Below are positions 57,117 through 64,000 of a DNA stretch of 64,000 bases, piece by piece. Each line of letters begins with the position of its first letter. The stretch's first letter is position 1. Location: NCBI GenBank assembly GCA_964605735.1, contig CAZSDS010000001.1:703157-767156 (forward strand). The letters are read 5' to 3'. This DNA comes from an uncultured Candidatus Saccharibacteria bacterium. Lineage in GTDB: Bacteria; Patescibacteriota; Doudnabacteria; UBA920; O2-02-FULL-48-8. The notes under the pieces were generated by a model. The model was not told the origin of the DNA and ran no database searches. It saw only the letters and a program-made list of their open reading frames with translations. The translations under genes and the position numbers were made by a program.

Positions 57117-57518
57117 ATGTTGACCATTCGTTTACAGAGAACTGGCACCAAGAACCGACCGACCTTCCGATTGGTTTTGGCACAGGCTCACAGGGCAGCG
57201 AGCAAGAGATTCATTGAAATCTTGGGCCATTACAATCCTCGCAACAAACAGTTCGGTTTGAAGAGCGAAGAAAGGTTGAAATACTGGCTTGGCCAAAACG
57301 TGCACCTTTCTCCGACAGTCCATAACTTGCTGGTTGAAAAGAAGTTTGTGGATGGAAAGAAAGTGAAAGCTTGGCAGCCAAAGAAGAAAGAGGCTGCAGA
57401 AGGCGAAGCAGCAGCTGAAGCTCCAAGCTCAGCTCCAGCAGCCGCACCAGCTGAAGCCCCGGCCGCTGAATCTGCTCCAGCAGCAGAAACCCCAGCCGAA
57501 CCAGCGCCGCAAGCATAG
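57117..57518 (+). CDS. rpsP: 30S ribosomal protein S16
   Basis: MLTIRLQRTG.KNRP.FR, IEILGHYNP, Ala/Pro/Glu tail. Confidence 0.95.
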   Translation: MLTIRLQRTGTKNRPTFRLVLAQAHRAASKRFIEILGHYNPRNKQFGLKSEERLKYWLGQNVHLSPTVHNLLVEKKFVDGKKVKAWQPKKKEAAEGEAAAEAPSSAPAAAPAEAPAAESAPAAETPAEPAPQA

Positions 57519-57620
57519 AAATCAAACTCCGCCCAGGCGGAGTTTTTGTTTTCGTTCTAAAATTGACAAACGAAAGACATTTAAAGTATAATTATTCCAC
57601 GGAAATTAACTAGAATAGAC

Positions 57621-57962
57621 ATGGCAGACGAAAAAGATCAAGAGTTTGTTGAGTACATAGTTAAAAGCCTGGTTGATCATCCAGAAGACGTCAAAACTGA
57701 GCGATCAGTTGACGAAATGGGCGTACTGATCACCCTCCACCTCAACCCTGAGGACATGGGTCAGGTTATCGGAAGACAGGGTCAGACTGCAAAGTCAATT
57801 CGAACTTTGCTCCGCGTAGTAGGCGCAAAGCGCAAGTCACGCGTGAACTTGAAAATCCATGAACCAGAAGGTTCAAATCGCGGCCCACGCCGTGAATCAA
57901 GCCACAGCGAAGCTTCAACAAGCACCGCTGATCTGGGAGACATTGACGAATTCAAGTTATAA
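57621..57962 (+). CDS. khpA: KH-domain RNA-binding protein
   Basis: DMGQVIGRQGQTAKSIRTLL, located after rpsP. Confidence 0.9.
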   Translation: MADEKDQEFVEYIVKSLVDHPEDVKTERSVDEMGVLITLHLNPEDMGQVIGRQGQTAKSIRTLLRVVGAKRKSRVNLKIHEPEGSNRGPRRESSHSEASTSTADLGDIDEFKL

Positions 57963-58070
57963 ATTTTACTGAAACAAAAACCTCCGCCCAAACCGCGGAG
58001 GTTTTTTAAAGCCCGCTAGAGTTTTTGCTGGGTTTTGTTAATAAGGATCACTACAAGAATAAATTATCAA

Positions 58071-58748
58071 ATGAAATTTGTAATTCTTACATTATTCCCG
58101 GAAGCATTTGAGTCTTACTTTAACGTAAGCCTGATTCAACGCGGTCTGGCAAAGAAATTTATTGACATAAAAATCGTAAATTTGCGCGACTATGCTGATG
58201 ATCCGCACAAGAAAGTGGATGACCGGCCGTACGGCGGCGGAGCTGGAATGGTGTTGCGGGTTGATATTATAGACAAAGCTTTGCGCGCACTCAGGGCCAG
58301 GAAGGGGAGCAAGGACAAATTGATTCTCCTGATGTCACCGCAAGGGAAAACTTTAAACCAAAAATTGGTCACCAAGCTGGCCAAGCACAAAACCATTTAT
58401 TTAATCTGCGGCAGGTACGAAGGCTTTGATGAACGAATCCGTAAGCTCGTAGATATGGAAGTTTCCCTAGGCGACTTTGTCCTGACTGGCGGCGAAATTC
58501 CAGCAATGGCTGTGGTAGATGCGGTTTCGAGGTTTGTTCCGGGATTTTTAGGCAAAGCAGAATCATTGCATGAGGAAAGTTTTACTTCCGGGATGCTCGA
58601 GTATCCGCAGTACACCCGCCCCGAAGTTTATAAAAAAATGCGGGTGCCCAGGGTTTTGCTCAGCGGCGACCACGGCAAGGTAAAACAGTGGCGTGAGCAG
58701 GAAGCGCTTAAGCGCACAAAAAAGCGCAGGCCTGACTTGGTTAAGTAA
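58071..58748 (+). CDS. trmD: tRNA (guanine-N1)-methyltransferase
   Basis: VDDRPYGGGAGMVL, CGRYEGFDER, GDFVLTGGE, EYPQYTRP. Confidence 0.97.
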   Translation: MKFVILTLFPEAFESYFNVSLIQRGLAKKFIDIKIVNLRDYADDPHKKVDDRPYGGGAGMVLRVDIIDKALRALRARKGSKDKLILLMSPQGKTLNQKLVTKLAKHKTIYLICGRYEGFDERIRKLVDMEVSLGDFVLTGGEIPAMAVVDAVSRFVPGFLGKAESLHEESFTSGMLEYPQYTRPEVYKKMRVPRVLLSGDHGKVKQWREQEALKRTKKRRPDLVK

Positions 58749-58879
58749 ACCAAAAACCCGCTTTCGTGGGTTTGGATTCCTGGTTGACAAACCTGACCCT
58801 GCACTGAGCCACCCCCACAGGAAAGAACCTTACATAAAGAATTTTTTTATTGCTAGGTCCTGGTTGTGGATATAATAAA

Positions 58880-59812
58880 ATGCTTGAATTTATTTCCGAA
58901 TCACCAGAAAGAATAGATAAATTTTTAGCGGTCAAGAGCAATGTCTCTCGTGGCCGTGTTCAGGCTGCCATAAAATCCGGTGTTGTGAAAGTGAATGGCG
59001 AGCCAGTTAATGAGCCTGACTACAAGGTTTCAGAGGGGGATGCTGTAACACTCCCAGAATTTGAAGACGAATCTCTCAAGCCAATGGAATATGACCTGAA
59101 AGTGGTGTTTGAAAATGAAGACATAATTGTGATCGATAAGCCGCATAATCTGGTGGTGCATCCGGGAGCCGGCCACAAGCAGGATACGTTAAGCAATGCC
59201 CTCCTTGCCAAGTACCCGGAAATTGCAAATGTGGGGGATGTGGCCAGGCCGGGAATAGTGCACAGGCTGGACGAGGATACTTCCGGTTTGATCGTCGCCG
59301 CCAAGACCCAGTCGGGCTATGGCTACATGAAAAATCTGTTCATGACCAGGCAGATTGAAAAAGAATATATCACATTAGTTCATGGTATTCCGGAAAAAAT
59401 GCACGACATCATCAACGCCCCGATAGAACGAGCCTCCACCCATGTGAAAATGAAGGTTGGGTCCGGAAAAGAGGCTGTTACCGGGTACCGCATCCTGGCA
59501 ACAAATGAGCAAAATGGCGAAAATTCAGGAGTTGACAAAATGGCCCTTCTTAGGGTAAAATTGCATACGGGTCGCACCCATCAGATAAGGGTTCACATGG
59601 CGCACATAGGCCATCCAGTGGTGGGTGATCAGTTGTACGGCGGCAATTTCAAGAAAGCAGACACACAGCTGATTAACCGACAATTCCTGCACGCCGCACA
59701 ATTAAAGTTCAAACTTCCGGATGGCACACTGCTTGATTTGCAAGCACCTTTGCCGAAAGATCTGCAGGAAGTATTAAAGAAAGTAAACATTGACTATGAT
59801 GCACGCATTTAA
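58880..59812 (+). CDS. RluA/RluD family pseudouridine synthase
   Basis: S4 domain, RPGIVHRLDEDTSG, TGRTHQIRVH, GDQLYG. Confidence 0.93.
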   Translation: MLEFISESPERIDKFLAVKSNVSRGRVQAAIKSGVVKVNGEPVNEPDYKVSEGDAVTLPEFEDESLKPMEYDLKVVFENEDIIVIDKPHNLVVHPGAGHKQDTLSNALLAKYPEIANVGDVARPGIVHRLDEDTSGLIVAAKTQSGYGYMKNLFMTRQIEKEYITLVHGIPEKMHDIINAPIERASTHVKMKVGSGKEAVTGYRILATNEQNGENSGVDKMALLRVKLHTGRTHQIRVHMAHIGHPVVGDQLYGGNFKKADTQLINRQFLHAAQLKFKLPDGTLLDLQAPLPKDLQEVLKKVNIDYDARI

Positions 59813-60143
59813 ACAAGAACAGCTCAGGACCGATGTCCCTGTGCTCAAAGCCGGATATATCGTTCGAGTCCACCAGAGAATTACAGACGTTTCCCCGGAT
59901 GGAAAAGAAAAACAGCGTATCCAGATTTTTGAGGGACAGGTAATCGGAACCAAGGGCGGCAAGGGAATTAACGGCACTGTGACTGTCCGCAAGGTTACAT
60001 CTGGTGTTGGCGTAGAACGTATCTTCCCAGTACATGCTCCATCTATTGAGAAGATTGAAGTTGTGAAGTCTGCTCCGGCAAGAAAAGCCAAACTGTACTA
60101 CACAAGAGACGGAAAAGAAGCCAAAACAAGAGACGCAAAATAA
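59796..60143 (+). CDS. rplS: 50S ribosomal protein L19
   Basis: RIQIFEGQVI, TVRKV..GVGVERIFP.H.P, RKAKLYY. Confidence 0.95.
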   Translation: MMHAFKQEQLRTDVPVLKAGYIVRVHQRITDVSPDGKEKQRIQIFEGQVIGTKGGKGINGTVTVRKVTSGVGVERIFPVHAPSIEKIEVVKSAPARKAKLYYTRDGKEAKTRDAK

Positions 60144-60187
60144 TCCGCCATCCCGGCGGGTTTTTTGTATGAAGGAGGATAGTCGTC

Positions 60188-60382
60188 ATGTCTTGTAAGA
60201 AGGGTGACCATCTGGTTTTGGTTCGGGTAAGAGGCGGGTGGTTTACACCGAACACTGGGTGCACTTTGGAGGAGGCGCAAGCTCAATCTGATCAGATATT
60301 TGCTTCAGGTATGACGGAAAGAAACAATGCAATGGTGGTTCAAGTGGTCGAAGTGAAGGAGCGGGAGTTCGACCCCCGCTAA
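60188..60382 (+). CDS. Small hypothetical protein
   Basis: AAGGAGG RBS, followed by a terminator-like hairpin. Confidence 0.55.
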   Translation: MSCKKGDHLVLVRVRGGWFTPNTGCTLEEAQAQSDQIFASGMTERNNAMVVQVVEVKEREFDPR

Positions 60383-60503
60383 CGGACGCTGTGCTCTGTG
60401 TGAACGCAATGATTGCGTTCTTTTTTATTGGTCGATTTGCATGGCTTTTTTATAGTTGCTACTATTCAACTGGGTGATTAGATTCCTGTGACTTAAGAAA
60501 CAA

Positions 60504-61091
60504 ATGAAAAATTTAAAACCAGAAATTCTTGGTATTTCTTTGGTAATAATAGTTACTGCAGTGGTTATTGCTTTGGTTGTAGACGAAAAACCAAACACAA
60601 GTACTCAGCAGCAGACGGAAGTAGAAAATGATCAAGAAATCTCTCAAGGAGAGGAGGAAGCTCTACCCTCCACGACAGCTCTTCTTGCTAACGGATGGAA
60701 ACTCTACAAAAATCAAGAACTGGGATTTAGTCTGGAGATGCCCCCTGATATTTCAGTCGAAAAAGAGTTAAATTCAAGGAACAATAGGCTTGTTATTTTT
60801 AAAGGAACGTCTTATGTTTTTGAAGTAAGGTTGAAAGAAGGGCAGGGTACCACATTAAATAATTATTTATACCTTGATTTTCTTCCAAGCGGTTCAGCCG
60901 CCCTGGGAGGTCAGGAAGCAAAAGTTTTTAAAGCTCCTAATGGATATTGTGATGGGCCGAGCTGTGGTGATCCGTTTGTTGTTTACTCGACTAAGCTCAA
61001 TAAAGATTTCTATAACCTAGTCTTTTACGGGGATACTGCACTAAATCAAGTTGAGGAGAAGGTTTTTTCATCTTTTAAGTTTATTCAATAA
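60504..61091 (+). CDS. Membrane-anchored extracellular protein (PsbP/Mog1-like fold possible)
   Basis: N-terminal TM, WKLYKN...GFSLE.P, C-terminal SSFKF. Confidence 0.65.
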   Translation: MKNLKPEILGISLVIIVTAVVIALVVDEKPNTSTQQQTEVENDQEISQGEEEALPSTTALLANGWKLYKNQELGFSLEMPPDISVEKELNSRNNRLVIFKGTSYVFEVRLKEGQGTTLNNYLYLDFLPSGSAALGGQEAKVFKAPNGYCDGPSCGDPFVVYSTKLNKDFYNLVFYGDTALNQVEEKVFSSFKFIQ

Positions 61092-61180
61092 ACCGCTTAT
61101 GCGGTTTTTGGGAAATTTTCTTTAACATAGAATGGTTTTGGTAAGTTGCATGCGGAGTTTCTTGTTGTTAGAATTTACGC

Positions 61181-61822
61181 ATGATACGCATCGAAGAGTT
61201 GATCAATTTAAAGCCGGTAACCATAGGGCCGGAGACTTACCTGGTTGAGGCTGTTTCACTGATGACAAAAAATGGCATCAAAATAGTGCCTGTGGTTGAC
61301 CAAAGCAGTGTGCTGGTGGGGATGCTGAGGGAAAGAGACCTGATTAAGAACAGCTCCTTTATGCACTTGAGCACCTTATATAAACTGCTCCACAAATTTG
61401 ATTATTACAAGAGAGACAAAAGCCTTATAGAAAATGACCTCAAGCAAATTATGTCGCTTAAGGTTAAAGATGTAATGAGCACAAACCTGCATTCAGTCAA
61501 TGAAAAAGCGACAATTGAAGAAGCCTTGAATATTTTTTCTAAATCCGACTCTGATGTTTTGCCGGTGGTGGACAAGAAAAACAGGGTAGTGGGTGTGATT
61601 ACATTGACTGATCTTACCCGGTACTACGGCGTTTCGCTCAAATCCAGCTCCACGGACAGAGAGATTGACCGTCGGGTAGATGATTTTGTCGAGCACTTCG
61701 GCAGGCAGTTTGTGGTGGTTAGCAAATTGCACACCAAGATGTGGCTACTGTTCAGCATTCTGTTTACTTTTTTGGGGTTTTTTATAGCCACACTATTCCT
61801 GATCAGGATTACGCTTGGGTAA
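61181..61822 (+). CDS. CBS-domain protein with C-terminal TM
   Basis: Two CBS motifs (VPVVD..LVGML..RDL; LPVVD..VVGVIT.TDL). Confidence 0.85.
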   Translation: MIRIEELINLKPVTIGPETYLVEAVSLMTKNGIKIVPVVDQSSVLVGMLRERDLIKNSSFMHLSTLYKLLHKFDYYKRDKSLIENDLKQIMSLKVKDVMSTNLHSVNEKATIEEALNIFSKSDSDVLPVVDKKNRVVGVITLTDLTRYYGVSLKSSSTDREIDRRVDDFVEHFGRQFVVVSKLHTKMWLLFSILFTFLGFFIATLFLIRITLG

Positions 61823-61870
61823 ATATAGTCAGCCAATAAAAAAACCGCCAAATTGCGGTTTTTTCGTTTG

Positions 61871-62074
61871 CTACATTCCTGCGTCTACTATTCTGCTTCG
61901 GTCTTCTTTAAGCTTTCCGATTTTCCGACGAAGCTCTTTAACTTCTTTGTCTACGATTTCACCGTTCTCGGCCCTTTCCTTTAAGGATTCCATTTCTTCT
62001 TGAGCTAACTCTAAGGCTTCATCATTTGATTCCATTGCCCGGAATCCGGAGCTTTCAAATCTGGCTTCTTGCAT
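61871..62074 (-). CDS. Small coiled-coil hypothetical protein
   Basis: ATG ORF with TATAAT upstream and a shared terminator. Confidence 0.5.
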   Translation of the reverse strand: MQEARFESSGFRAMESNDEALELAQEEMESLKERAENGEIVDKEVKELRRKIGKLKEDRSRIVDAGM

Positions 62075-62338
62075 GAGTTATTGTGATTAAGGTTTGAGTA
62101 TATTATAAAGGAAATTCCACGGCATACCAATAGCTCCTTGCGCCAGCCTTTTTTGCTTTTCCAGTTTGTCCAGATGGGCGTGTATCTAAATCAAATCAGC
62201 AAATTAATCTAAACGGAAAAATAACCAATGCGAGTGTCATGGTTTCTGTATGCGGGAGCGAATTGTTAATAGCCTCAAAAGACGCTAGAATATAGGTGAA
62301 ATAGTTACTTTTAGCCACAATTATCGTATATATCTTAT

Positions 62339-63469
62339 ATGGAAGATCAATTATCGCCATTGATAAAATCTAGAAAGTTCTTGACTCCACTTGGAATCCT
62401 TACTGCTTTGTTGCTAAGTTGTTGGATTATTTATTTTTTTGTCTTCGCCGCTCCAAACTCTCAAGCAGTGCAGCTTCTGACTTTCAGTAATCTCCCAACT
62501 ATTAACAATGATCAAATCGCCATAGATGGCAGGGGAATAGGGAAATTGAAAGGCGAGGGGTGGATCAAAAGCACTTTTGGCTTTAAGATCGCCTTTGCTT
62601 TAAATGGTGGCAAGGAAATTGCGCCTGGTGCATACCAAATTTCCAAGTCCATGAATGCTTGGCAGTTAGCAGGAGTGCTTTCTAAAGAGCCAAACATGAA
62701 ATGGGTTGTCATTCCGGAGGGGCTGCGGAAGGAACAGATTGCAGACCTTCTTGCCGAGGAGTTGGAATGGCCTCCAGCTGCAAGGAACACTTGGGTTAAG
62801 GTGAGCAGTGCAATGAAGTTTGATGAGTTGGAAGGGGTCTATTTTCCTGATTCTTACCTTATTCCTGTCGATAATACGCCAGCAGAAACTGCGAACAGGC
62901 TCGTATCAAATTTCCATGAAAAATTTGCACCGTATTCTCAAGAGGCACTGAATCAGAACATTCAGTGGACTACAGTTCTTAAGGTCGCTTCATTGGTACA
63001 GCGGGAGGCGGCCGGCTCTGATGATATGCCGCTCATCGCCGGCATAATCTGGAATCGCTTGGATCAGGACATGAAGCTGGAAATAGACGCTACTGTGCAG
63101 TACGCGCGTGATTCAAGGGAAGCGTATGACTACGGGAGAAATCCTTGTGAAACCGATGCCATAACTAAGCAATCCGGAATCTGTTACCAGCCCAACATCC
63201 GTCAACCATACTCCGAATACACGGGACTATCCGACTGGTGGAAGCCCATCATTCCTGAAGACAAAAACATAGATTCTCTCTATAACACTTATAAGTACAA
63301 GGGTTTGCCGCCGCACCCGATTGCAAATCCAGGTCTTGATGCAATTAAGGCTGCGTTATATCCAACCGAAACAGAATGCCTTTATTACTTGCATGATAGT
63401 GCTGGCACGATTCATTGCACGAGAAACTATGCTGAGCACCAGGAGAATATAAACAAATATCTACAGTAG
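62339..63469 (+). CDS. mltG: Endolytic transglycosylase MltG
   Basis: IPEGLR, EG..FPDSY, ASLVQREA, LEIDATVQY, YNTY...GLPP.PI.NPG. Confidence 0.9.
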   Translation: MEDQLSPLIKSRKFLTPLGILTALLLSCWIIYFFVFAAPNSQAVQLLTFSNLPTINNDQIAIDGRGIGKLKGEGWIKSTFGFKIAFALNGGKEIAPGAYQISKSMNAWQLAGVLSKEPNMKWVVIPEGLRKEQIADLLAEELEWPPAARNTWVKVSSAMKFDELEGVYFPDSYLIPVDNTPAETANRLVSNFHEKFAPYSQEALNQNIQWTTVLKVASLVQREAAGSDDMPLIAGIIWNRLDQDMKLEIDATVQYARDSREAYDYGRNPCETDAITKQSGICYQPNIRQPYSEYTGLSDWWKPIIPEDKNIDSLYNTYKYKGLPPHPIANPGLDAIKAALYPTETECLYYLHDSAGTIHCTRNYAEHQENINKYLQ

Positions 63470-63485
63470 TATTATTCCAATAACT

Positions 63486-64000
63486 ATGAAATTGCTTGGC
63501 ATTCAGGACAAAAGAATTTTCTATTCTTTGATATTAGTTTTGCTTTGTTTTTGTTTGCTTAGCATCCCGTTTAAGGATGGCAGTTCTTCGTATGTAAAGC
63601 ATGAATTGTACCGTGATTTGGCAGTGGCAGAAAGCATTGATAGTGGGAAGCTTGTTGAGCTTGGGCCGGTTTCAAGCTTAGGTGATTTTCACTTTGGTCC
63701 GGCGTACTATTATCTGATTTTTCCATTCGTTAAATTGCTGGATTTTCAACCCTACTCACTGGCAGTGGCCAGTGCATTTTTTATGTTTTTAACGATTCTC
63801 GGAACGTTCTTTTTTGTGAAGAAATGGTTTGGGAGCGAGTTAATGGCTTTGCTTGCGGCAGGGCTTATGTCTTTTTCAATACTGACATTTCAGATTGTTA
63901 AGTATGGTTCGAACCCGAACTTTATTCCATTTTTCTCGCTGATGTTTTTCTGGGCTATTCGCGAACTTATGGATAATCCAAAGAGTATTAATTTTACCTT
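63486..64000 (+). CDS. GT-C fold glycosyltransferase (ArnT/PMT-like), truncated by window end
   Basis: ATG at 63486, translation gives RDL..LGP.SS....FGPAYYYL..P and NPNFIPFF, open to the window edge. Confidence 0.75.
   Translation, partial: MKLLGIQDKRIFYSLILVLLCFCLLSIPFKDGSSSYVKHELYRDLAVAESIDSGKLVELGPVSSLGDFHFGPAYYYLIFPFVKLLDFQPYSLAVASAFFMFLTILGTFFFVKKWFGSELMALLAAGLMSFSILTFQIVKYGSNPNFIPFFSLMFFWAIRELMDNPKSINFT

Noticed and set aside
62130-62262. Possible MITE bounded by gctccttgc / tgcgggagc
   Set aside because: The inverted repeat is short and imperfect, single-copy, and without a clear target duplication.

Overview
Chromosomal window from a small-genome bacterium of the Candidate Phyla Radiation (Patescibacteria). 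The assignment is inferred from the tandem VirB2-like pilins, the short SMC, rpsP-khpA-trmD without rimM, the giant FN3 surface protein with an ABC module, and tRNA-Ile(UAU). The standard genetic code is used. The window is mostly housekeeping: rpsA, rnhB, infB-rbfA-nrnA, ftsK, recA, lexA, comM, galU, ftsH, rnc, smc, rpsP, trmD, rplS, mltG and 13 intact tRNAs. It also carries an IS200-type element with a damaged HUH motif and a free-standing LAGLIDADG endonuclease. The most notable non-coding structure is: (1) a ~500-nt, highly base-paired, ORF-less transcription unit with its own promoter and terminator between recA and a dksA-like gene, matching no RNA class I recognise; (2) an intact tRNA-Ile(UAU) carried inside an inverted-repeat-bounded insert that interrupts the anticodon loop of a second, truncated tRNA-Ile(UAU)-like gene; (3) a parS cluster in which six parS sites are written into the coding sequence of an O-antigen-ligase-like gene in three reading frames; (4) a three-copy ~130-165-bp rod-shaped intergenic repeat; and (5) several structured leaders. 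All product calls come from motif recognition by eye, not database searches.
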